Positions 49,282-58,124 of a DNA stretch of 62,997 bases are shown in pieces. The notes below the pieces were generated by a model. That model searched no databases. It had not been told where the DNA came from and worked only from the letters and a program-made list of their open reading frames with translations. Numbering within the stretch: the stretch's first letter is position 1; each line of letters starts with the position of its first letter. The position numbers were made by a program, and so were the translations under genes. This DNA is from Fimbriimonadales bacterium (GTDB lineage Bacteria > Armatimonadota > Fimbriimonadia > Fimbriimonadales > ATM1), in NCBI GenBank assembly GCA_041744215.1, contig JBGTLG010000038.1:1-62997 (forward strand). The letters run 5' to 3'.

Positions 49282-50274
49282 ATGGCACAAGTCCAAACAC
49301 TCGAATTAACGGAAACGTACGGCAAGTTTGTTCTCGCTCCCCTCGAGCGCGGATACGGGCAAACAATCGGCAACTCGTTGCGGCGCATGTTGCTGGGATC
49401 CATACCAGGCGCGGCAGTCACTGCAGTGCGCGTTGAGAAGGTCCTCCACGAATTCGCTCCGATTCCTGGAGTGAAAGAGGATATGAACGAACTTCTTCTC
49501 AATCTGCGCGATCTTGCGATCAAAGTGAATCGCGATCGACCGCCGGTTGAAGACTTCGAGTTGCTGATCGACGTTAAAGGGAAGGGGGTCGTAACCGGTT
49601 CAGACATTCAGTGCCCGCCGGAAGTCGAAGTAGCCAATCCAGAATGCTATCTCTGCACAATTTCAGATGCGAAAGCGAGTTTCTACGCGGAGCTTTTCGT
49701 AGGTTGGGGTACGGGCTACGTCCTTCCTAATCGCCACGAAAAGTACAAGGGCACAATCGGATTAATCACGACAGGCTCCCAATTCACTCCCGTGAAAAAA
49801 GTGAACTACACCGTCGAAGCGACACGCGTAGGCCAGCGCACCGACTTCGAGCGGCTGACGCTTGAGGTATGGACTACGGGCGCAATGTCACCCAACGAGG
49901 CGATCACACACTCTGCGGAGATCCTCGACAAGTACGTTAAGATGTTCTTCGCGTTGACCACAGACGGCATGGACCTTGGCCTGAATGACGTCGATGATGA
50001 CATGCCCGAACTCGACGGCGTACCCGAAGTCCGAGTTGAGGAAATGGAGTTTAGCCAGAGAACATTCAACTGCCTGCGCCGGGCCAACGTTGAGAATCTG
50101 CGCGACATCTTGCGGTACACAGAAAGCGACCTGCTCGCGATTCGAGGATTTGGAAAGAAGGCCCTCGACGAAGTCAGAGACAAGCTTGCAGAGCGCGGTT
50201 ATCAGATGAAGATCGGCAAGGGAGTACCGAGAATCGACGCATTTGATGACGACGAGGACGAAGAGGACCTGTAA
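49282..50274 (+). CDS. rpoA: RNA polymerase alpha subunit
   Basis: PLERGYG.T.GNSLRR.LL, HEF..IPGVKED, RVGQRTD, RT.NCL, FG.K. Confidence 0.99.
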   Translation: MAQVQTLELTETYGKFVLAPLERGYGQTIGNSLRRMLLGSIPGAAVTAVRVEKVLHEFAPIPGVKEDMNELLLNLRDLAIKVNRDRPPVEDFELLIDVKGKGVVTGSDIQCPPEVEVANPECYLCTISDAKASFYAELFVGWGTGYVLPNRHEKYKGTIGLITTGSQFTPVKKVNYTVEATRVGQRTDFERLTLEVWTTGAMSPNEAITHSAEILDKYVKMFFALTTDGMDLGLNDVDDDMPELDGVPEVRVEEMEFSQRTFNCLRRANVENLRDILRYTESDLLAIRGFGKKALDEVRDKLAERGYQMKIGKGVPRIDAFDDDEDEEDL

Positions 50275-50291
50275 ACGAAGAGGAATCGCTC

Positions 50292-50723
50292 ATGCGGCAT
50301 AAAGTAGATCGACGAAAACTTGGATTACCGGGAGACCAGCGCATGGCGCTGCTCCACAATCTTGCGCGTCAGCTTATTCGACACGGATACGTTCGCACGA
50401 CTGCCGGTCGGGCACGAGAGCTGCGTCGAATCGTCGAGCCTCTCATCACGCTGGCTAAGAGCGACACCGTTGAGGCGCGAAGACGAGCGCGCAGAATCCT
50501 AGTAGGCCATAGTAGCGCTTCGTCAGCGTATCGGCGAATTGGGCTTACAACGGAGCAGCAGGCAGAGCAATCGCTCATAAACGGCGAAGACCTCGTCAAG
50601 CACCTGTTCGACAGAGTTGGACCGAAGTACAAAGATCGGCCAGGTGGCTATACGAGAATGACAAAAACAGGAAGGCGGCTCGGAGACGGCGCGCCGACGG
50701 CCGTCATAGAACTCGTAGACTAA
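50292..50723 (+). CDS. rplQ: 50S ribosomal protein L17 with internal insertion
   Basis: MRH....KLG, LITLAK, RPGGYTR, R.GD.A. Confidence 0.98.
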   Translation: MRHKVDRRKLGLPGDQRMALLHNLARQLIRHGYVRTTAGRARELRRIVEPLITLAKSDTVEARRRARRILVGHSSASSAYRRIGLTTEQQAEQSLINGEDLVKHLFDRVGPKYKDRPGGYTRMTKTGRRLGDGAPTAVIELVD

Positions 50724-51506
50724 TTGACACGAATCAAACTCGTCGTAGAATACGACGGTACCGACTTTTGCGGATGGGCTGAGCAGCGAAACGCTCGCAC
50801 AGTCCAAGGCACCTTGAAAGATTGTATCACTCGGGCAACCGGTGAAAGCGTGGACATCAGAGGCGCAAGCCGAACGGACTCTGGTGCGCATTCGCTGGGC
50901 CAAATCGCAGACTTCGAGTCTGGGGTTTCGATTGAGCCAAAGAAATGGGCAGCCATCCTCAATCGATTGCTTCCAATCGATGTTCGCATTGCGAGGTCGG
51001 AGAAGGTGCGAGCTGATTTCCATTCACGCTTCTTCGCACGGAGCCGGACGTACTTGTATCGAATCTCAGAGTGGAGCCGCGTCCAGCCGATGAGAAGCAG
51101 GTACGTGTTCGAAGGAGGACATTCGATTGACATAAGCGCGATGCGGAAGAGTGCAGAGGCGCTGCTCGGTGAAAACGACTTCCTCGCGTTCGCAGAAGAG
51201 TTGCAGAATGTTGAGAATACAAGGCGAAACGTTCTCCGGTGTGCAATTCGCAAGACGAGCGACGAGGTTAGAATCGAGATTGAAGCGACGGCGTTCCTAA
51301 GGGGGATGGTCCGAAGGATTAGCGGAGGACTCTTCGAAGTCGGAAGGGGACATAGAACGGTCGAGAGTTTCGGTCGGTTGCTCGACGAGGCCGCCCGAGA
51401 CGACGAGCAGTGGCCAGTTGTGCTTCCCGCGAGGGGACTGACGCTAAAAAAGGTTTACTACGGTGAACCGCTAAGAGATTTGAGAACAGAACTTGCCGAG
51501 GAGTAG
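50724..51506 (+). CDS. truA: tRNA pseudouridine(38-40) synthase
   Basis: YDGT.F.GW, TVQ, ASRTDSGAH, FH.RF, FLRGMVR, A.GL.L. Confidence 0.96.
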   Translation: MTRIKLVVEYDGTDFCGWAEQRNARTVQGTLKDCITRATGESVDIRGASRTDSGAHSLGQIADFESGVSIEPKKWAAILNRLLPIDVRIARSEKVRADFHSRFFARSRTYLYRISEWSRVQPMRSRYVFEGGHSIDISAMRKSAEALLGENDFLAFAEELQNVENTRRNVLRCAIRKTSDEVRIEIEATAFLRGMVRRISGGLFEVGRGHRTVESFGRLLDEAARDDEQWPVVLPARGLTLKKVYYGEPLRDLRTELAEE

Positions 51507-51547
51507 TATCGGCAATGACAATAACAGTACGACAAGAGAGAACAAAT

Positions 51548-51979
51548 ATGGGCACCTATGCCGTAAAACCGAAAGAAATCGAGCGGAAATGGTTCGTGGT
51601 TGACGCCACAAACCAACCCGTGGGCCGTTTGGCGTCGTCTGTCGCGCGCGTGTTGCGCGGCAAGCACAAGCCAACCTTTGCCTACAACGCGGATGTCGGA
51701 GACCACGTCATCGTCATCAACGCGGACAAGGCAGTCCTTACCGGCAACAAGCAAGACGAGTTAGTGTACTGGCACTCGCTCTACCCAGGCGGCATCAAAA
51801 GCATCAGCCGCGGCAAGCTACTTAAGACAAACCCAGAGAGGCTGATTCGCAAGGCCATTTGGGGAATGCTGCCGAAGCACACGTTGGGTCGGCAGGTGTA
51901 CAGAAAGCTCAAAGTGTATCCGGGCCCTGAGCATCCGCACTCCGCCCAAAACCCAGAAGTCATGAAGGTGGGTGGCTAA
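51548..51979 (+). CDS. rplM: 50S ribosomal protein L13
   Basis: W.VVDA, GRLAS, LRGKHKP, GDHVIVINA, GMLP, HPH.AQ.P. Confidence 0.99.
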   Translation: MGTYAVKPKEIERKWFVVDATNQPVGRLASSVARVLRGKHKPTFAYNADVGDHVIVINADKAVLTGNKQDELVYWHSLYPGGIKSISRGKLLKTNPERLIRKAIWGMLPKHTLGRQVYRKLKVYPGPEHPHSAQNPEVMKVGG

Positions 51980-51980
51980 G

Positions 51981-52373
51981 ATGGCAGTCGAACAATACTA
52001 CGCAACCGGGCGAAGAAAGAACGCGATCGCCCGCGTGTGGATCACTGCTGGCAGCGGCAATGTCGAGATCAACGGCAAGCCGATGAAGGAGTACCTCGGC
52101 AGGCCCGTGCTCTCCATGATGGTGGAGAGTCCGCTCAAACAAGTGGGCCTCGACGGAAAGATCGACGTAAAGGCGGTCTGCCATGGCGGAGGAATCGCGG
52201 GTCAGGCAGGAGCCGTGAAACTCGGTATCGCCCGCGCCGTGATCGAAATGGCGCCGGACCTCCGGTCCCCGCTTAGAAGAACAGGATTTCTAACACGCGA
52301 CCCGCGCGTCAAGGAAAGGAAGAAGTACGGTCGCAAGCGAGCGCGGCGTGGCTTCCAGTTCGTCAAGCGCTGA
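51981..52373 (+). CDS. rpsI: 30S ribosomal protein S9
   Basis: TGRRK.AIARV, GGG..GQAGA, LTRDPRVKERKKYG. Confidence 0.99.
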   Translation: MAVEQYYATGRRKNAIARVWITAGSGNVEINGKPMKEYLGRPVLSMMVESPLKQVGLDGKIDVKAVCHGGGIAGQAGAVKLGIARAVIEMAPDLRSPLRRTGFLTRDPRVKERKKYGRKRARRGFQFVKR

Positions 52374-52394
52374 ACACAGCGTATCCGAAGATAT

Positions 52395-52428
52395 CGGGCG
52401 CGAACCTGGTCAAGCAGGTTGGCGCCCG
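52395..52428 (+). terminator. Hairpin closing the ribosomal supercluster
   Basis: CGGGCGC.AACCTG-gtcaag-CAGGTT.GCGCCCG; no U-tract. Confidence 0.45.
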
Positions 52429-52445
52429 TCGTCTATATGAGAGTC

Positions 52446-53699
52446 ATGGAAACCGGTGCCGTCCGAAGAAAGCCGTTGCTCTTCCGGCCCGAGGTTTCTG
52501 GGCTGCTTGTGATCGCGCTATGCGCAGAACTGGGCGTGGCTGTCCTCAATGTTTCCGCAATGCCGGTCTACCTGACCCTCGGCAGGGGCTTCTCAGCCTT
52601 CACTGTGGGGGTCGCTTTGGGTGCATTCCTCCTAAGCGAAGCCCTTTTCAAGTCTTACACAGGCGCGCTTGCCGACAAGATTGGACGACGCCCGTTTCTC
52701 ATCGCCGCGCCATGCATTTGGATCGCGACACCGATCTTAACTCTCTGGGTGCCTGAGTCGTGGGGCAACGGAGCAATTGTCGCGATCATCGGGCTCCGTG
52801 TATTGGATGGGGTGGCTGCTGCAATGCTTTGGCCCTCTGCCTACGCAGCAATAGCAGAGGCAGTCCAAGAGGACGAAAAGGGGAAGGCACTGGCTCTGCT
52901 CAATGGCTGCTTTATGGTGGGATTAGCGCTGGGGCTCCCGCTCGGGGGAATGGTGAACGTACGAACAGGAAGTTTGGAGGCGAGCTTCTTCCTCGCCTCC
53001 GGACTGTTCGTTCTCGCAGCAATAGCTGCGATTCAGTTTGCACGCGGTCAGATGCGTCGAGATGGAAAAGAGGGTGTTTCGCACGACGGCCACGCCCTCA
53101 AGGATCTGATTGTCTGTGTGCGCACTGTTCCACTCATCCTCCTGACTGCCTTCGTTATCTTTCTCGGTGTTGGGTTGCCCATGGCTATCGTAAAGCTGTT
53201 TGCGCAGCGTGTCTTCAGCCTGAACGAAGAACAGTTTGGATTCCTCGTGTTGCCGGCTGCGCTTGCAATGGCCTTTCTTAGCTGGCCGATGGGTGCTTGG
53301 GGCGAACGCATGGGAAGGGACAAAGCGGTGAGAGTCGGACTCGCACTCTGCGCATTCGGCGTCTGGATGATAGCGCTGGGCGAATGGTTGCCCGCTTTCA
53401 GAACGCTCGTCGTTATCGCCGGTGCGGCTGTCATGGTCGGGGTTGGGTTTTTGCTCGCGCTCCCTGCCTGGTATGCAACGGTAAGTGCAATCAACCCCAA
53501 ACGATCGGGCACCTACTTGGGGGCAGTTATGACGGTGCAAGGATTGGGCGCGATCGTGGGACTCCTAATCGGATCAGAGAGATACGACGTCAATCCTTAC
53601 TTACCCTTCATCCTTTGCGCGGTCGCAGTGAGTGTCGGTTTCGCACTTTCCCTTGTGTCTACCCGCAGGGCAGTTCCGCCGAACACGTCACCCGCTTAG
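52446..53699 (+). CDS. MFS transporter
   Basis: About 12 hydrophobic segments, GALADKIGRR motif A, LRVLDG, G.WGERMGR; start 52437 or 52446. Confidence 0.92.
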   Translation: METGAVRRKPLLFRPEVSGLLVIALCAELGVAVLNVSAMPVYLTLGRGFSAFTVGVALGAFLLSEALFKSYTGALADKIGRRPFLIAAPCIWIATPILTLWVPESWGNGAIVAIIGLRVLDGVAAAMLWPSAYAAIAEAVQEDEKGKALALLNGCFMVGLALGLPLGGMVNVRTGSLEASFFLASGLFVLAAIAAIQFARGQMRRDGKEGVSHDGHALKDLIVCVRTVPLILLTAFVIFLGVGLPMAIVKLFAQRVFSLNEEQFGFLVLPAALAMAFLSWPMGAWGERMGRDKAVRVGLALCAFGVWMIALGEWLPAFRTLVVIAGAAVMVGVGFLLALPAWYATVSAINPKRSGTYLGAVMTVQGLGAIVGLLIGSERYDVNPYLPFILCAVAVSVGFALSLVSTRRAVPPNTSPA

Positions 53700-54871
53700 C
53701 GCATGACCAACTGAATTCCGACAGTGCAGGGCTCTTCACCCAATCCCGAACCGATCGAAACGTGCGTGGGGGCTCTGCCGCGATTCTCCGGGTTGTGTGA
53801 CGAGTTGTCGTAGCGAACATCAAGAATGACCGATGTTCCCGCGACTAGCCTCACAGGCTCCTCAAAGCGATACGCCCCAATCCACTGCGAGCTCCATCCG
53901 TCAAGGTGCAAGAGCCGCAAAATCTCACCGTCCGGAGTGACGGCGGTGACCGTTATCTCCGCGGCCAAATCGCGGAGTTCAGGAAAGAGGGCGAGGACGT
54001 CTGCGTCGAACGGCAAAACAAGCCGGTTACCTGTCGCGAACATCGGTGACGGTGGAATGGTGCCGGCAGTAAGGCTCAGGCTCACCGTACTCGGCTCGCT
54101 TGCGCCTGTTCCGAAGTACACCCCGATCTCGAATCCGGCGGACTCCTTCCGTCCCGAAGGCTGAATGAAAGCGTGCGCAACCAAGAACCTTGTTCTTCCC
54201 AAGTCGAAAACAGATCCAGGAGGCAGCAGCGGCGAGCGATACCCGAAAGCCCACGCTCCGAGGATCGCAGATGTCGGAAGAGTGGCAGGCCCTGCAGTCC
54301 TCCCGGATGTCGGCCCCTCCGTCGATATCTGAACGTGCCGAACGACGTGTGGCGCAATCGGCCTGATGTCAAAGCCACGGACCCTGCGGCCTGCAGGAAT
54401 CGCTATGGGAATCTGAAAGGCGCGCCAGTGGGGAACATCGTCGGGTTGGACCTCCGGTGATTCGGGCAAGGCAAGGATGAGATCAGGGGGTCCGTTTGGC
54501 CACGGCGTATCCGGCGCGACCGGATGCTCCGTAACGAGTGCGCCTTTCTCCTGCTTCCCGGTGGCCCAATGGTGAATCCGCTCAATCTCTTCTGGGGTGA
54601 CGGCTGGCGTCGTAGAGAATCTCCCCTCATCGCTGGTGGCACGGTCAGGTGGCATCAGTTTGGTAATGAGCGCGTTCGCAATCTGATTCGCGCGCTTTTG
54701 TGCGTCTTCATATGTACGCAGAGAGAACGGGGCTGGCCCACCCGGACGGTGGCACGGCGCGCACTTCATGCGCAAAACAGGTTCCACGTCAGACGAGAAT
54801 GTCGGTTCTCGCACCTGGAAGCTCGACGACATTGCTGCCGCTAACAGAACCGCCGCAAGGACGAGTTTCAT
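53696..54871 (-). CDS. Secreted heme-c + copper type II monooxygenase-like protein, apparently lacking Cu ligands
   Basis: Signal peptide, PTFS.DV.P....CAPCHRPGG.APFSL, MPP, G.PDL, W...W...Y.F..P..L..G, YDNS..NP. Confidence 0.72.
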   Translation of the reverse strand: MKLVLAAVLLAAAMSSSFQVREPTFSSDVEPVLRMKCAPCHRPGGPAPFSLRTYEDAQKRANQIANALITKLMPPDRATSDEGRFSTTPAVTPEEIERIHHWATGKQEKGALVTEHPVAPDTPWPNGPPDLILALPESPEVQPDDVPHWRAFQIPIAIPAGRRVRGFDIRPIAPHVVRHVQISTEGPTSGRTAGPATLPTSAILGAWAFGYRSPLLPPGSVFDLGRTRFLVAHAFIQPSGRKESAGFEIGVYFGTGASEPSTVSLSLTAGTIPPSPMFATGNRLVLPFDADVLALFPELRDLAAEITVTAVTPDGEILRLLHLDGWSSQWIGAYRFEEPVRLVAGTSVILDVRYDNSSHNPENRGRAPTHVSIGSGLGEEPCTVGIQLVMR

Positions 54872-54875
54872 AAGC

Positions 54876-55454
54876 TTAGCGGTCAATCACTGGGATGTCG
54901 CAGCCAATCGACTTCGTTACAGGAACAGTTACAGGATTACCGCTTAAGACTTCATCAAGCGCGATTCGAAGATCTTGCCGAGTCGGCTTCTCACGCGGTC
55001 TGCCGTGCTCGACGTACGTGTCATCGATACGCCCTCGATACTTAAGAACACCGTCAGAGCCAATAATCGCCGCCTGAGGTGTAATCGTTGCACCGAGTGC
55101 TTTTACAATCAAGTGTTTGTCGTCATACACACCCGGGATGGAGATGTCGAAGTCCTTACGATGCTCAACGACTTCTTCGCGATCCAAATAGGGGTCCACG
55201 TACGCGAGCAAAAACGCAACTTCTCGTTTGCCAAACTCCATAGCGATCCTTCTCATTTCCGGCACGTACCTATTTGCAATCGGGCAATCGATCGTAACGA
55301 AGAAGATGACCGTCGCGGCTGCTTCAGGTGACGGAACGACATGCTGAATACCATCAAGATCGCTCAACTTCGGCAATTGAACCGGGATTGTCGGAAACGG
55401 CGGCTCCTGAGGGGTTGGTGCTAGCAGGACGATCGAAACCAGGCAGAGCAGCAT
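54876..55454 (-). CDS. Secreted redoxin/thioredoxin-like protein
   Basis: CPIANRY.P, GA..TP.A, YRGRIDD, L..ALD.VL.G, GC.I. Confidence 0.85.
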   Translation of the reverse strand: MLLCLVSIVLLAPTPQEPPFPTIPVQLPKLSDLDGIQHVVPSPEAAATVIFFVTIDCPIANRYVPEMRRIAMEFGKREVAFLLAYVDPYLDREEVVEHRKDFDISIPGVYDDKHLIVKALGATITPQAAIIGSDGVLKYRGRIDDTYVEHGRPREKPTRQDLRIALDEVLSGNPVTVPVTKSIGCDIPVIDR

Positions 55455-55458
55455 AATC

Positions 55459-56901
55459 TTATAGACGTGTTTGTCCCCTGTCAGTGTTTCCACCCTTCGC
55501 CGCAGTACGGGGCTGTTCCAAGATAGCGTCGGCGATCGCTCCCGAGAAACCCCACGGGTGCGCAGTTTCAGCGCGGACTTTCACGAGTGAGCCCTTCAGA
55601 TTGGGATCACCCGGGAAGTGCATGGTGCGGTTCTGCCGTGTCAGTCCCTTAAGTAGCGTACGGTCCTTCTCAGAGACGCCTTCAACCAATACTTCGAAAC
55701 TGCGTCCCACATGAGATTCATTGATCTTCAAGGTGATGTCGTTCTGTAACGCGATCAGATCGTTGAGTCTTTGCTTCTTAATGCCATGTGGAATCTGGTT
55801 CCCAGATTCGCAAGCAGGAGTCCCCGGCCTCGGCGAATACGCAAACATGAACGCGCCGTCAAACCGAAGCTGCTCCATAACTTGCATCGTGTTCTGGAAC
55901 TGTTCATTAGTCTCCCCTGGAAAGCCTACGATCACGTCGGTGGTGATTGACATCCCGTCGACTTCCCTCAATCGATAGAAGATGTCAGTGAAAGATTCGA
56001 CAGTGTAAAGTCGTCGCATCTGCTGTAGCACGTCGTCGTCGCCGCTCTGGAGCGGAAGGTGACAGTGCTCCATAACTTGCGGTACTTCGCTGTGTGCGCT
56101 GATTAGGTCATCGCGAAAGTCTCGCGGGTAGGGCGAAGTGTATCGTATGCGTTCTATCCCCGGAATCGCAGCGGTCAGTCGCAGGAGCTTCGCAAAGGGA
56201 ACCTTGCCCTCGAACAGATTCTTGCCATAAGAGTTTACGGTTTGACCGAGTAACGTCACTTCCTTCGTTCCGCGTTCGGCGAGCGATGTGATTTCGCGAA
56301 GTATCTCCATCGTCGGACGGCTGCGTTCTCGGCCGCGCGTTGTTGGAACAATGCAAAACGTGCAGAACTTGTCGCATCCGTACTGTATCGGAACAAACGC
56401 CTTCAGCTTTGCATTTCTGCCAACCCATCGGCTGGGCACGTCGGTAACGATCGCGCCCTTGCGTTCCGGCAAGCTCAGACGCTTCTGAAACTTGCGTCCT
56501 TGCTTAGCTTCCCGAACAAGTGTAGGCACTTGCTCAATTTGCGCGGTGCCGATAACGAAATCAACGAATGGCGCACGCTGACGGATCTCGTCGGAACGAA
56601 GTTGCGCCATACAGCCGCACACGCCAACAACCATCTCCGGACGAGTCTCCTTCAATAGCCTCAGCTCGCCAAGTAGGCTGAACGCTTTGTCCTCCGGCTT
56701 CTTACGCACACTGCAGGTGTTCAGCAACACTACGTCTGCATCCTGAATCGTTGGGGAGGGGACTAATCCCAGCTTTTGCAGACCAAGTTCAATCTGCTCG
56801 CTGTCTTCCACGTTCATTTGACAGCCCCACGTTACGACCTTGAACGTCCCCGTTGCCCGGGGCGCATCAGCCGTAGCGCGAAGTGTCTGATCGGCGATCA
56901 T
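55459..56901 (-). CDS. miaB: tRNA-2-methylthio-N6-dimethylallyladenosine synthase
   Basis: TWGCQMN..DSE, NTCSVR, GCMAQ, GCDKFCTFCIVP radical-SAM motif, LLGQ.VNSY, C-terminal TRAM. Confidence 0.96.
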   Translation of the reverse strand: MIADQTLRATADAPRATGTFKVVTWGCQMNVEDSEQIELGLQKLGLVPSPTIQDADVVLLNTCSVRKKPEDKAFSLLGELRLLKETRPEMVVGVCGCMAQLRSDEIRQRAPFVDFVIGTAQIEQVPTLVREAKQGRKFQKRLSLPERKGAIVTDVPSRWVGRNAKLKAFVPIQYGCDKFCTFCIVPTTRGRERSRPTMEILREITSLAERGTKEVTLLGQTVNSYGKNLFEGKVPFAKLLRLTAAIPGIERIRYTSPYPRDFRDDLISAHSEVPQVMEHCHLPLQSGDDDVLQQMRRLYTVESFTDIFYRLREVDGMSITTDVIVGFPGETNEQFQNTMQVMEQLRFDGAFMFAYSPRPGTPACESGNQIPHGIKKQRLNDLIALQNDITLKINESHVGRSFEVLVEGVSEKDRTLLKGLTRQNRTMHFPGDPNLKGSLVKVRAETAHPWGFSGAIADAILEQPRTAAKGGNTDRGQTRL

Positions 56902-56913
56902 GGGAGAAGCAAT

Positions 56914-56946
56914 ATTGTACCGGGGAGGCCAAGGTGGCAGTACAAT
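56914..56946. promoter_or_regulatory. Back-to-back TACAAT -10 boxes for divergent miaB and MerR-TOBE genes
   Basis: ATTGTAC (56914-56920) and GTACAAT (56940-56946), 12-13 nt from each ATG. Confidence 0.55.
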
Positions 56947-56959
56947 CGGTGACCGTTCC

Positions 56960-57382
56960 ATGAGACACCCCGACAAGCTGACACGGGCGGAGGCCGCGGC
57001 CGCCTTGGGCATTAGCGCCAAAACTCTCGCAAGCTGGGAAAGGTCGGGCAAGATCGCGCCCCCGGAAAGAGACCACCGGGGCTGGCGTCTCTACGAACGC
57101 AAGCTGATCCTAGACATGCGTCGCAGGCTGCTTGGTGGTGATGAAACCGACCAGCCCAGCCTCGAACTGCCCGGGATGGAGCTAAGTGCCTTGAATCGCA
57201 TCGCGGGCATGATCAAGGAGATTTCTGGCGACGGCGTGATGTGCGAGGTCGTTCTCGCAATCGCTGACGACAGTCCCCTGACGGTCGTCGTACCTCGTTC
57301 GAGCGTCCGACGATTGGGCTTGAGGGTAGGAGACCGGGTCACGGCGGTCATAAACGCCACCGACATCATGCTGGCTCGATAA
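56960..57382 (+). CDS. MerR-type HTH + TOBE domain regulator (molybdate-sensor-like architecture)
   Basis: EAA..LGIS..TL..WE..G.I.P.R...GWR.Y; SA.N.I.G.I, LGL..GD.V.A.I.AT.I TOBE motif. Confidence 0.85.
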   Translation: MRHPDKLTRAEAAAALGISAKTLASWERSGKIAPPERDHRGWRLYERKLILDMRRRLLGGDETDQPSLELPGMELSALNRIAGMIKEISGDGVMCEVVLAIADDSPLTVVVPRSSVRRLGLRVGDRVTAVINATDIMLAR

Positions 57383-57387
57383 AGTTG

Positions 57388-57735
57388 CTACTCGTCGATC
57401 GGACTGAAGTGGACCACCGTTACGAGGTGTTCGGGCGAGATTTGGTCGTTGTATATTCGTCCCAGTAGGGCAATCACGTCCTCATGAGAACGGAACTCAG
57501 GGTTTTCACGCTCGATCTCGCGGCGGCTCAACTCGCTGATAGTCTTCACTTCGGCTCGGTCGATAACCGCCGCAAAGAGCTTCTGACGTCTCCCAAAACG
57601 CTGACCGATCGTGATCCAAACGATCTCGCCGTCTTGGTACTTGGATCGCTTGTCCCCAAGTCGAATAGTGAGCGTCTTGCGATTCGCCCGAAGGACGTCC
57701 AGGTAGAGGTCGGAATAGAAGTTCAGTGCGTACAT
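57388..57735 (-). CDS. ASCH domain (PUA-like) protein
   Basis: K..T.R motif (RKTLTIRLGDK), G..V.I, LS..E...E, V.VV.F; start at MYALNF. Confidence 0.75.
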   Translation of the reverse strand: MYALNFYSDLYLDVLRANRKTLTIRLGDKRSKYQDGEIVWITIGQRFGRRQKLFAAVIDRAEVKTISELSRREIERENPEFRSHEDVIALLGRIYNDQISPEHLVTVVHFSPIDE

Positions 57736-57881
57736 GCTGGGGACCGTCGCCTTAGTTTTCCACATTCGGCCCGAATCTTCCTGCATTTCGGTCTGAATCG
57801 GCAGATTTACGCGACCGACAATGAACAAATGGGCTGTGTGGGGAGTCTTCAATGCAGGATTCCTAATCCGAAGGAGGAAAA

Positions 57882-58067
57882 ATGGTCGTTCAGGAAGAAA
57901 CCTCTCGGCCAACGCTAACTCTCACGGAGGAGGAGGCTTTGGCTCTGCTCATCATGTGCATGTTGAGTCCTGCCAAGTTGGACGAGACAGCCGAGCGCGC
58001 GCTTGAAAAACTTGCTGGATTCTGCAAGGCAACGCAATACTATATAGTTGAATCGCAGGGCGAGTAG
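57882..58067 (+). CDS. Small hypothetical protein (61 aa)
   Basis: Strong SD AAGGAGG, fills the intergenic gap, followed by a terminator hairpin. Confidence 0.6.
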   Translation: MVVQEETSRPTLTLTEEEALALLIMCMLSPAKLDETAERALEKLAGFCKATQYYIVESQGE

Positions 58068-58088
58068 CCTTAACCGTAGCGTGCAATT

Positions 58089-58124
58089 GAAACCCCGCTT
58101 CATTCGAAGGGGGGTTTCGTGTTT
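58089..58124. terminator. Probable bidirectional intrinsic terminator
   Basis: GAAACCCC.CTTC-attc-GAAG.GGGGTTTC-gtgttt between convergent genes. Confidence 0.65.
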
